Shown here piece after piece: positions 8,438 to 17,767 of a stretch of 64,000 nucleotides of DNA. The position numbers and the translations under genes were made by a program. The first letter of the stretch is position 1. Each line of letters opens with the position of its first letter. This DNA is from Patescibacteria group bacterium. Its GTDB lineage: Bacteria; Patescibacteriota; Patescibacteriia; Patescibacteriales; UBA12075. The stretch is from positions 745 to 64,744 of the forward strand of contig JAHILH010000005.1 in NCBI GenBank assembly GCA_018897195.1, in the 5' to 3' direction. The notes below the pieces were generated by a model. The model ran no database searches and was not told the DNA's origin. It saw nothing but the letters and a program-made list of their open reading frames with translations.

Positions 8438-10945
8438 TTAAACACTGGTTCGACGACGAATTTCCGCCTCAATAATACTGCGATCTTGGCCAAATTTGAG
8501 ACGGCTCAAAGTCTTTATTTTTTGTGCCATTCCCTCTCGCTCAATACCAGCAATCGGCCAAGGGCAATGCATGGAAAAAGGACGACTGGCCGTATTATCA
8601 ATAAGAAGTTTTGTATAAACAGAATATTTTTCAACATTTAATAAATCATACTGACTAAAGACAGGACTAAATTCTTTTTCCAAAAATTCCGCATCTTCGG
8701 TGCCAATTCTAAAACTCACCATCGAACCGACGTTACCAAAAACGGCGTCCTTAATTGTCGTGTCACCCTTATTGACCATCTGTCCGATATATTGATGAGC
8801 GATGGTTAAATTCAAACTATATTTACGCGCCTCGGACAAAATAGAGCAAATTGAATCGGTGGTAAAATTTTGAAACTCGTCGATATATAAATAAAAATCC
8901 TTACGTTGTGCTTGCGGAATATCCGTACGCGACAAAGCATTCATTAAAATTTTACTAATTATGATCATGCCCAAAAGATAGGCATTCATCTCGCCAATGG
9001 CACCTTTGGACAAATCCACCAAAAGAATTTTTTGTTTATCCATAATATCGCGGAAATTGAACGAACTATTTTGTTGGCCGATAATCGGGCGCATCGTGTC
9101 ATTGGAAATAAACTGTGTCAACTTGGATGTAATATAGGGCACGACATTCGCCAGGGCCGCATCACCACCCGCCTTCTCGGCTTCTTGCTTCCAAAAATCA
9201 ACCACAGTTTGGTCCGCACAGCGCTCTAATTTCATTTTTCGAAAAGCTGGATTAGCCAACACTTTTGGCACTTCCATTAAAGTTGAACCGGATTCTGGAT
9301 CAGACATAATCAAGAGCAAGGCATTGCGCATATATTGTTCAAAGATTGGACCACCGGTCGCCTTTAAATCGTACAACTTATCAAAAATCTTAATCATCTC
9401 ATTAATTACAAAAGTTTTTTGCTCCGGATATTTCGGATCAAACTCAATCAAATTCAAAGCCATCGGCCGTTCAATGTCCGCCGGTCGGAATAAAATAACG
9501 TTTTCTGCTCTCTCGGGCGGAATGCGGGACAAGATATCGCTTACCAAGTCACCATGCGGATCCAAAACGCAAACGCCCTCACCATTAATAATATCTTGGA
9601 CAGCCATATTGGCAATGAATTGTGACTTACCACCACCAGACTTACCAACTACATACATATGACGACGACGATCGTCACGCTTGATGTGCACGTCTTTTTT
9701 AACACCACGATGCACATTATAACCAAGATAAACCCCTTCACTTGGCGTGTCTACCGGTGCCGGGGCATGACGAGCAGTTAACCATAAAATATTCGGCGTC
9801 TCGGTGTCTTTTAGGGGTAGATGAAAAAGACTAGCCATCTCTGTTGTATTTAACAAAAATGATTTACCTTCATTAAAACGACGATAGATAAAATCATGAA
9901 TAATGCGCTTCTTGTTGCCGGTATTAATACGGCTTGCAAAGCTGTTGCCATATTCATAAGAATTATATTGACTAAAAGCACTCGACAAATTTTCTAGATA
10001 GGTTTGCGCTCGTCCCTTATCCCGCGCTGCCACCACGATGCGTAAATTTACATCCATACCCGCACGTGCATTTTTTTCTTCAATACCTTTTAGAGCCTCT
10101 TGCTCCATTACAGTTAACATTTTTTGATTCTCGGACCTATTTGCCAAAGAAGGATCAGCCGAATGAAATACATCACCCAAAAAACCTAAAATTTTATGCA
10201 AGACCCCGGAGCTAAGTGCCTCTGATAAAGATTTTTTTTGATTAGCCTTACGAACCACCTCGCTCGCCTTGTAGTGCCAAGAATTTTTTGCACTACGAAT
10301 AGTATATTGGATCGCCAAACCCTCATCTTCATCCACCTTGGACATAACATTGATCAAAGAATTTGTTGAATCAGTATCTTGCTTTAAATAAGTACGCAAA
10401 GGTAAAACAAAATGTCTTGTTGTTTTTAAAGTGCCGGCCAAAATTTCAGACTTGTGATTAAAAATATTATAATCCTTCACCTCTTCCAATGACGCGTCCG
10501 GATAATGCGCATTGATTTGTTGTTCAATATAGCGCTCTGCTCCGCGTGGGGCCACGATATAGAAATGAATCTTTTTCTTATTCGCCACAATCTCAAAAGA
10601 ATAGCTATCATTACGACCATATAACCAAGCCTTAAAACCCCGCTCCGCCCGCAAGCCACCTATAGAAGAAAAGATTGTCTCACCTTTGGCAATTTCTTCG
10701 TGCAAGGATTGAACCCGATTTGTTTCATTGCCCTGGTTATTTCCTTGTTTGTCTTGAGGTAAACGGACTAAAAAAATAACGTAACGCTGAAAAGTCTTCT
10801 GCAAATATTTTTCCCGAATTATCAAGCGCGCAATATATAAAACCAAAAACAAAACAGCAAAAGCCGCCACATACCAAAACCAGCCACTCAAATCAATAAC
10901 ATAATCGTTGTTTATATTTTGTTGTAGTCCGTAATCCATAGACAA
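8438..10945 (-). CDS. membrane-anchored P-loop ATPase of the TraD/VirD4 (type IV coupling protein)-like family
   Basis: N-terminal TM helix, Walker A VVGKSGGGKS, Walker B YLYIDEFQNF, and AHQYIGQM near the C-terminus as in T4CPs. Confidence 0.75.
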   Translation of the reverse strand: MSMDYGLQQNINNDYVIDLSGWFWYVAAFAVLFLVLYIARLIIREKYLQKTFQRYVIFLVRLPQDKQGNNQGNETNRVQSLHEEIAKGETIFSSIGGLRAERGFKAWLYGRNDSYSFEIVANKKKIHFYIVAPRGAERYIEQQINAHYPDASLEEVKDYNIFNHKSEILAGTLKTTRHFVLPLRTYLKQDTDSTNSLINVMSKVDEDEGLAIQYTIRSAKNSWHYKASEVVRKANQKKSLSEALSSGVLHKILGFLGDVFHSADPSLANRSENQKMLTVMEQEALKGIEEKNARAGMDVNLRIVVAARDKGRAQTYLENLSSAFSQYNSYEYGNSFASRINTGNKKRIIHDFIYRRFNEGKSFLLNTTEMASLFHLPLKDTETPNILWLTARHAPAPVDTPSEGVYLGYNVHRGVKKDVHIKRDDRRRHMYVVGKSGGGKSQFIANMAVQDIINGEGVCVLDPHGDLVSDILSRIPPERAENVILFRPADIERPMALNLIEFDPKYPEQKTFVINEMIKIFDKLYDLKATGGPIFEQYMRNALLLIMSDPESGSTLMEVPKVLANPAFRKMKLERCADQTVVDFWKQEAEKAGGDAALANVVPYITSKLTQFISNDTMRPIIGQQNSSFNFRDIMDKQKILLVDLSKGAIGEMNAYLLGMIIISKILMNALSRTDIPQAQRKDFYLYIDEFQNFTTDSICSILSEARKYSLNLTIAHQYIGQMVNKGDTTIKDAVFGNVGSMVSFRIGTEDAEFLEKEFSPVFSQYDLLNVEKYSVYTKLLIDNTASRPFSMHCPWPIAGIEREGMAQKIKTLSRLKFGQDRSIIEAEIRRRTSV

Positions 10946-10975
10946 TATCTTTAAATTAATTAATCATTGATTGAA

Positions 10976-13039
10976 TTATTCCACAATCCCATCTCCACCT
11001 GCAATATCATCATCCTCTAATTTACTGGTCTCCGCTCTAGTCGTTTGTGATAATGACGACTTAGTCTCATTGTCATTAGCAGTAATTGTGGAACCAGTTA
11101 ACAAAATCATAATTCTATTTTTATCATCATCTGTCGGCTTAATGCTAATGCTAAATTCAGCATTAGACTCCATGGCTAAGGCTGGTAGACGACTTATGGT
11201 CCAAGTTACCTCTCTGGTTGTCTCATTGTAATCAAGCGAGCCAACGGAAAAATTAGCCTTATTAGCAAAAGTTACATAGTCTGGCAATTTTGTTGTCACC
11301 TTAACATCACCAAGCTCGTGTAAGCTATTGCTCAAATTCCAATACACTTTATAGCTTGTTACTTGTCCAGCCTTTGGCGGGTTTGGTCCGGATCCTACGG
11401 GTACATTGTCAGCACTAAAATAACGCACCTGCTCGTTTAATTTCAAGTTACTATTAATCTTGTTAATGATTACATTGCTCTTGTTTTCATTTTTCTTCGC
11501 ATCGGTGTTATTGCTTTGATCACCAACTGCGAACTGAGCATAACTAGTAATGGCGTAACTCTTGTCTGCGGTCATCTTCTCAACATTCAAATCCATCAAA
11601 TTAATCGAAAAGTCAATTGTTCCATCTTTGTCCGGTGCAATTGATGCTAATTCCGGAATTTCATTTTTAGTCCAAATAATCATATTGCCTTTTACTTTGC
11701 CCTTGGCTGCGTCGCCCAAAGTAGTCCAGTTCAAAAAATCACCATCCAACACTGCCATCAAAACCACATCCTTCATTTCCGCATCACCGCCATTCTTATA
11801 CACCAAGGAGTAATTCAAAGTATCGCCAAAATTAATACCTTGGTCGTCGCGCTTACCATTAATTATCATGGTTAAATTTAAGTCACTTTTAATCACTGAC
11901 AGTTTCAATTCTTTAGAGTAAAATTTTACATACTTAGAATCACCAACCAATTTCTCAAAATTCAAAACTATAACCTGCTCCTCGGTGCCTTTCTTGATAA
12001 ATTTAAATTTAATAGGGATTATTTTTTCATTGGCTGTCACCTCATCAACCTGCCAAACACCTGGTCTAATAACTGAATACTTTGCCAAATCATCACCAGC
12101 TGGTGCTGTCTTAGGTTTAACAATTTCCACATTCTCATTCACCTCCTGCGAAATGCGAAAATTATTAATGAAATTATTATCACGCGCACTGAAACGAATT
12201 GTTAAGTCATTTACCTCATCAACCAAGACATTACTAGAATAGTCCAAGTCAATATTCATCCCTATATCCTTGATTTGCGTCATCGCCGAAGTTTCTTTTT
12301 TAAATTCAGATGAAAAATTTTCCGGCATATAATCCATCTTGGCTGCCAAAATTCCTGATTTGCCCTCCTCGCCAATCATAATTCCCTTGATTTTAATTTT
12401 CCCGTTCACGCCAGCCTTAACATCGCCGATATCCCAGCGTGAATTATTCTCATTCGAAGGTGGAAAAGAATCAATAAAAATAAAATTATCAGGATAAGTG
12501 ACGCTCACGACTACATTTTTCAAATTAATTGTATTGCTAGGATTGCCATAATTAATTGTATAAAAAAACTCCTCCCCAACCGTTACTTCATTTTTGGTTT
12601 CAATAGTGAAATCAACCGCGGTTGCATTCAAACCTTGATTAACAATAAATTTGTTATAAGCATAATAGCCACCGCCACCAAAACCACCCACCAAAAAAAC
12701 AAACATAAAAAACCAAAAGAAAAAACCATGCTTCTTTAAAACTTTGAATTTTTTTACATCCACCATCTTGCCATCATCATCTTGATAGATTTCATTCAAG
12801 CTCTCCTCAATCTCCGCCTCATTCGCTTCATTCTCCGGACTAAAATACTCTTCACTTCCTTCTTCACTCTCCGCCTCTTCCTCAATAATGTCTGCGACCT
12901 CCTTAGTTTCTTCCGCCTTGGCATCGCCTGGCAGATTTACTTGCGTGAATTCATTCAAGCTTGATTCGCGAAGATTGATTACAACATCGTCATCATCAAT
13001 CACCTCATCTGCTTGTTTTTTGTTTGACTTGTTAAACAT
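10976..13039 (-). CDS. single-pass membrane protein with large extracytoplasmic region of DUF11/CARDB-like beta domains (adhesin-like)
   Basis: Acidic N-terminus and a TM helix (FFFWFFMFVFLVGGFGGGG). Three repeats of the pattern ...Y.I.Y.N.g...L.dV.v...lPd...F.... Confidence 0.6.
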   Translation of the reverse strand: MFNKSNKKQADEVIDDDDVVINLRESSLNEFTQVNLPGDAKAEETKEVADIIEEEAESEEGSEEYFSPENEANEAEIEESLNEIYQDDDGKMVDVKKFKVLKKHGFFFWFFMFVFLVGGFGGGGYYAYNKFIVNQGLNATAVDFTIETKNEVTVGEEFFYTINYGNPSNTINLKNVVVSVTYPDNFIFIDSFPPSNENNSRWDIGDVKAGVNGKIKIKGIMIGEEGKSGILAAKMDYMPENFSSEFKKETSAMTQIKDIGMNIDLDYSSNVLVDEVNDLTIRFSARDNNFINNFRISQEVNENVEIVKPKTAPAGDDLAKYSVIRPGVWQVDEVTANEKIIPIKFKFIKKGTEEQVIVLNFEKLVGDSKYVKFYSKELKLSVIKSDLNLTMIINGKRDDQGINFGDTLNYSLVYKNGGDAEMKDVVLMAVLDGDFLNWTTLGDAAKGKVKGNMIIWTKNEIPELASIAPDKDGTIDFSINLMDLNVEKMTADKSYAITSYAQFAVGDQSNNTDAKKNENKSNVIINKINSNLKLNEQVRYFSADNVPVGSGPNPPKAGQVTSYKVYWNLSNSLHELGDVKVTTKLPDYVTFANKANFSVGSLDYNETTREVTWTISRLPALAMESNAEFSISIKPTDDDKNRIMILLTGSTITANDNETKSSLSQTTRAETSKLEDDDIAGGDGIVE

Positions 13040-13153
13040 ATATTTAAATTAATTTTGAATTTCCAATTTTGAATTTTGAATGAATTTTGCTGGAAATTAT
13101 AAACTTCTATATTTAATAAAATTAAAAAAACCAAAAAAAACTGAAACTAAAAT

Positions 13154-15718
13154 TTACTTTCCAATACTCAGCAACACCATCCAGTTGCGATCAACATTCA
13201 ACTTATTCCTGTAATTAAAAGATTCATTATTCTGCCATGCGACTTGCATATTAGCTGGCAATGTCAAATTACTCACAAACTCACTACCCTGTGAACCAGG
13301 TTGTTTTTGCACCAACAATTTCAAAGGCACATAACTAGAGTCATCTTCACCATTAACAATTTTTTCCCAAAATGTTTTCGGCTTCACCGGTTCAGTTTTT
13401 TGAACCTTAAAAGGTAGTCGATATCTAATTGTAATTAAAACCTGTTCACCGGGATCAACCATAGACCAGTTCGCGAAAACCGTCTTGCCCAATTCTTTAT
13501 AAATCTTAGTATTACTAATGCCGTCCATGCCAAAGGTGCCTTCACCACGCATCACATCTTCATCTTTTTTCCAAGTCTCCATTGGCTTTTCAAAAAACTT
13601 TCCATCGGGCTGACTAAAACCACTTGCACTAATTAATTCACTACCTTCTGGCACATAGACACGCATCCAATTTACATTGCGCACTCCCACATGATCTTCG
13701 CCACGAATAGCCGTATGCCGTCTTTGAATTGTCAAAGTATTAATAATACTGCCGTCTGTTTGTACTTCCTTTAGGAGGGCGATGTTTTCTTTTATTTTCT
13801 TGTCGGTTTTAAAACCGGCAATATTGGTATTTGCCACCATTAGATAATCACCATCAATATTTTGAATCAGTCCCGCCCAATCGAAATCGCTTACTAACTT
13901 TTCCAAATCCTCATCAACAAAATATGTTAAAATTTGTTTTTCATTTAAGTTTTGATAGGCCGCATTCAGGATGCGCAAAAAATCCTCTCTATTTAATTCG
14001 TTGGATGCCTTCGTTATAATCAAGTTCATCATGTCGCCAATGATTTTCTTTGGCTCATGTTTTTGTGTCTCAACTTTTACCAAAGTTGAAGTCGCCGTCG
14101 TCGTCGCCATTTCCGGCTTTTGCTCAACTATGTCTTGTACTACGTCCCAAAAATTATCACTTGTAATCACAACACCATATTTCTCAGTCAAATCAAGTGG
14201 ACCGATTATTTTCAACAAGTCATCCATTACATTCGGTGTAATTGCAATCACACCATCAACAGTTGGGCCGTTACTCTTTTCATAAAACCACATCAACTTC
14301 TTCGCCGACATCGCCCAATCCGGCCACCAGTTCGCATCCCAAAAATGCCAAAGTGGATTGACCAATTGTAATGGCTCTGGCGCGGCTACGCGCTCGAGGT
14401 AGCCAGCCTCGGTATCATAACTACCACCTTTCGGCACTTCCAAATTAATCATTTCGCCATTATGGAAATCCGCCAAGGCATAAGAACCGATAAAACCGCC
14501 ACTACCCCGCATTTCCGTATTATTCTGAAAAACAATTAAATAACGTCGGTCTTGATCAAAGCCCAAAATCTTACGCGTGCCATCAATCAGCCTCATCGCC
14601 TCATTGAATAAATTGGAAATATCAACTGAGCTCTGCTGAAAGACGCTTACCTTGTCACGATATTCATCAGGTAAATTATTCAAGTTAATTTTTTTCAAAA
14701 TGTCTCCCAACTCCACAATCTCAGCATTAGAACTATTCAAATTTTCATAAACAACATTCAAAACATCTTTCATTTTTAAATTCTGAGACTCAAACAAATC
14801 CAAGGAACCACCGATACGATTGGCAATGCTTGCCGTTAATTCACCAGCACGCAAAAAAAGATCAGCTTGTGCGGCTAACTTAATATTCTTGTTCGGCACC
14901 ACTTTGGCCAAAGCACCAAAAACCAAGCTCACATTTTTGATTTCATTTTGAGCAGTTCTAAAATTATCCGCCGCCTTATTAAAATTTTTCGTCGCTTCGT
15001 CAAAATTTAAACTTGAAACATCGCCAGAGCTATTTTTCATATCATCAACTGCTGATGCTGATACACCCAATACCTCGCCTTTAAATTTCAAAAAGTCGCG
15101 ATAGTGTAAATATGCTTTCAAGGGCAAAATTAAAACCAACAACAAAATCGCGAAAGTTGCCACTTGTCTTACAAAAGAAAAACGCAGTGCCGGAATAACA
15201 TTCCTAATATCAAATTGAAAATGCTCTTTAGCCACCTCAACAGGCACCTCCTTGTGAAGCACTGGTCGCACTGTTTGCAAATATTGATCCTTGGCAATCC
15301 GCGCCTCTCGACGAATACGTGCCCACAGAGCAACATGGTCACGGCTTTTTTTATAAGCAAAAATAAAAGTTAAAAAGAAAAAACGAATACCAAATACAAA
15401 CAGCCAACCCGTGCCATAACTAATCTTGCAAAGAAGATTAAATAAAAAATAGAAAGACAATTTCTTGTATTTCTGATGAAAAAAGAAATAATAATAACTA
15501 GAAAAATTCGGCAAAATATTTTTGAAACCAGCCAAGAATTGCTTAAAACTAAATTTAGGCAAAAGCTTTTTGAGGCTAAATTTATTTTTCTCCTTCTCAA
15601 TCCGTTTCAAAACAATCTCTTCCTCACGCTTAAAATTCGCCGCCAAATCAACCATAAAACGAGAAGCCTTTCCTCCGCCCTGAATATTTAAAGTATGTTT
15701 TTTTTTCTCAAATGTCAT
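13154..15718 (-). CDS. DUF4012 domain-containing membrane protein
   Basis: N-terminal TM helices and the NNTEMRGSGGFIGSYA motif characteristic of DUF4012. Confidence 0.65.
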   Translation of the reverse strand: MTFEKKKHTLNIQGGGKASRFMVDLAANFKREEEIVLKRIEKEKNKFSLKKLLPKFSFKQFLAGFKNILPNFSSYYYFFFHQKYKKLSFYFLFNLLCKISYGTGWLFVFGIRFFFLTFIFAYKKSRDHVALWARIRREARIAKDQYLQTVRPVLHKEVPVEVAKEHFQFDIRNVIPALRFSFVRQVATFAILLLVLILPLKAYLHYRDFLKFKGEVLGVSASAVDDMKNSSGDVSSLNFDEATKNFNKAADNFRTAQNEIKNVSLVFGALAKVVPNKNIKLAAQADLFLRAGELTASIANRIGGSLDLFESQNLKMKDVLNVVYENLNSSNAEIVELGDILKKINLNNLPDEYRDKVSVFQQSSVDISNLFNEAMRLIDGTRKILGFDQDRRYLIVFQNNTEMRGSGGFIGSYALADFHNGEMINLEVPKGGSYDTEAGYLERVAAPEPLQLVNPLWHFWDANWWPDWAMSAKKLMWFYEKSNGPTVDGVIAITPNVMDDLLKIIGPLDLTEKYGVVITSDNFWDVVQDIVEQKPEMATTTATSTLVKVETQKHEPKKIIGDMMNLIITKASNELNREDFLRILNAAYQNLNEKQILTYFVDEDLEKLVSDFDWAGLIQNIDGDYLMVANTNIAGFKTDKKIKENIALLKEVQTDGSIINTLTIQRRHTAIRGEDHVGVRNVNWMRVYVPEGSELISASGFSQPDGKFFEKPMETWKKDEDVMRGEGTFGMDGISNTKIYKELGKTVFANWSMVDPGEQVLITIRYRLPFKVQKTEPVKPKTFWEKIVNGEDDSSYVPLKLLVQKQPGSQGSEFVSNLTLPANMQVAWQNNESFNYRNKLNVDRNWMVLLSIGK

Positions 15719-15730
15719 TTACGATTTAAA

Positions 15731-16243
15731 TTATAAATTTTTAAGCCTTACGATCTCATCAGCCTTAATCTTCGCCTCTTGTTCAATAAAAAACTTATTA
15801 ACACCTGGAATAATTAAAAGCCATTTTTTTAACAGTTCAATAATCTTCCCAACTTCTAACTTCGCCTTATCTAATATGTTATTTATTTCTTTAGCCGTCT
15901 CCTCACCCTTAATTTTGAACTCTTGTTGTTTGTCCGGTGGCATTTGTATATACATATCCCGCACATCCTGTGACATAATGTCCTCAATCTCCTTCTGTCT
16001 CTTGGTATTCTGACTAGCAAAACCGCCAATCGGCTGAATACCGCCGAGCTCTCCCTCGGTTTGAATCGCATTTATCACCTCGCTGGCGGCCTGTTCCATA
16101 TCCTGTCCACCCTCAAAAACTCTCTCCCTTTCAGGCAAGTTAACTCTTTCTAGATTATTTTCTACTTCTAAGCCCCCAACAATTGATTCTTTTCTCTCAA
16201 TGTTGGCAAAATTTTTATCATCGGTCATAAGCAAAATCGACAC
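15731..16243 (-). CDS. hypothetical protein; first gene of the envelope operon
   Basis: 170-aa ORF lying 12 nt upstream of the DUF4012 gene on the same strand. Confidence 0.55.
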   Translation of the reverse strand: MSILLMTDDKNFANIERKESIVGGLEVENNLERVNLPERERVFEGGQDMEQAASEVINAIQTEGELGGIQPIGGFASQNTKRQKEIEDIMSQDVRDMYIQMPPDKQQEFKIKGEETAKEINNILDKAKLEVGKIIELLKKWLLIIPGVNKFFIEQEAKIKADEIVRLKNL

Positions 16244-16410
16244 TTTTTATTTCGTCGAATAAAAGTTATTAACACTGATTATTATAACATATTTTTGGGT
16301 AAAATAAAAAGAGTGTCAGTCAATTCCACTATCACAAAAGTAATTTTAAATTCTTGCAAATTAACCACAATTAACTTAAAATTAAAATATAACAAATTAA
16401 TATTCATACT

Positions 16411-17220
16411 ATGCCCATCGAACAAGAGTTAACGAAAAAAATTGTTAACCGAGAATGTTATAATGCAACCAGGCATAAAGTCGGCGCAATTATGAGAACG
16501 GACCATAATTTAGACCGATTACCTTTATTAAAGGACGCGATAAATTCCCTACTTAGGCTACCAATTATCAGCCTAATTCATATTTTAATTTACACCGATG
16601 AGGACAAAGGACTTTTTCGAAATGAATTAATTAAAGAATTTGGTGCGGAAAGAAAAAGAGTAACATTCGATGAAGTCGGTGTTGGTTGTTTTTATACCGA
16701 CATCTTAAACGATGCAATCAACGAACAAACCAGACAAGGAATTGATTATTCTCTCGTCTTGTCACCCGAAGCTCATCTTTATATCACGAAAGAGAATGTC
16801 GAAAAACTGCTTAATGCCGCCAAGCAAGGATCCTATTTCACAACACTAGCACTAAACGAATACAAACACCTGATTGAAATGGGTTGTCCTGTTACCGCAC
16901 TTACTCTCTATAAAAATACAGCCGTTAATTTTACTAATGTTTGGAAGATTGGTGCTACGGTAAAAGGGACCGACATGGAAGAAAATAGCTACGGCATGAG
17001 CGAAATATATGTTGCTAAAAATCTTTTAAATAATTTTGGGAATGGCAGTATTGTCATTGTTGAACCGAGCGGTGGGCACCTAATTGAATCAGATGACGCC
17101 AAAAGCAAACAATGGCGAGAGCAAGTCATGGCGACCAAGGAGGAAAGGTTTAAAAAAATGTGTGCCTTATTGCAAATTGATATCAACGAATTGAAAATGA
17201 ATATTACATATCTCAAATAA
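16411..17220 (+). CDS. GT-A-fold-like (nucleotide-diphospho-sugar transferase-like) protein, divergent; AT-rich copy
   Basis: Alignable by eye with the 17768 ORF: LNDAINEQTRQGIDYSLVLSPEA versus LNDGLKIAEKHGAKYVLNWSPEM. The fold call is weak. Confidence 0.55.
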   Translation: MPIEQELTKKIVNRECYNATRHKVGAIMRTDHNLDRLPLLKDAINSLLRLPIISLIHILIYTDEDKGLFRNELIKEFGAERKRVTFDEVGVGCFYTDILNDAINEQTRQGIDYSLVLSPEAHLYITKENVEKLLNAAKQGSYFTTLALNEYKHLIEMGCPVTALTLYKNTAVNFTNVWKIGATVKGTDMEENSYGMSEIYVAKNLLNNFGNGSIVIVEPSGGHLIESDDAKSKQWREQVMATKEERFKKMCALLQIDINELKMNITYLK

Positions 17221-17261
17221 GTTTAAAATGGCTAATTTTAAATAAACTATGCCTCGTACTA

Positions 17262-17290
17262 TTGACAAATTTTCTTAAGTATGCTATAAA
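17262..17290 (+). promoter_or_regulatory. sigma70-type promoter
   Basis: TTGACA (17262-17267), a 17-nt spacer, then TATAAA (17285-17290). Confidence 0.6.
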
Positions 17291-17456
17291 TAAGGATTAG
17301 TTGATCTTTTACAATTTCATAAACCTTCACGGCCACTGATGTCGCCATGGAGCATTCGAATGATGCGTAAAGTCACAAATTCTAAAATTTAAACAATAAA
17401 TTGAAAACCGCGTTATCGCTGTTTTTTTGTTGCCAAAATCAAGAAAGGAGATAACC

Positions 17457-17726
17457 ATGAAACAGTATGTGACTCTCAATGTTCGCGGAAAACGTATATT
17501 AAATATACACGGAGACGTGAAATTGCGAGCGGTAGAAGATTTCTCCATGTTTTGTGGAGAAATCGCAACCATGACAAACGGCGAAAAAGAGGTAATCGGC
17601 ACTGGAGAGGGACATTCCGATTTTTCTGGCCTTGAAGTTGTACTTGAACCGAGTGGTGAGCACAAATTAATAAGCTGGCAAAATCTCAATGAGACACGGA
17701 TGGATATTTTTGGACAACCCAATTAG
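17457..17726 (+). CDS. hypothetical 89-aa protein
   Basis: AAGGAG lies 6 nt upstream of the ATG at 17457 (ORF track starts at 17427). Contains VVLEPSGEHKLIS, resembling VIVEPSGGHLIES in the 16411 protein. Confidence 0.5.
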   Translation: MKQYVTLNVRGKRILNIHGDVKLRAVEDFSMFCGEIATMTNGEKEVIGTGEGHSDFSGLEVVLEPSGEHKLISWQNLNETRMDIFGQPN

Positions 17727-17767
17727 CAGTAAACCACAACAACCAATTCAAAGAATGGAGAAGAGTA

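Noticed and set aside
15473-15495. CUGAUGA...GAAA string resembling a hammerhead ribozyme core.
   Set aside because: There is no helix II between CUGAUGA and GAAA and no flanking helices I/III. It lies inside the DUF4012 coding region in A-rich sequence.
17327-17722. 131-aa minus-strand ORF antisense to the 89-aa gene and its leader.
   Set aside because: It has no RBS and a Ser/Pro/Cys-rich nonsense-like translation. The sense ORF has AAGGAG plus an ATG.
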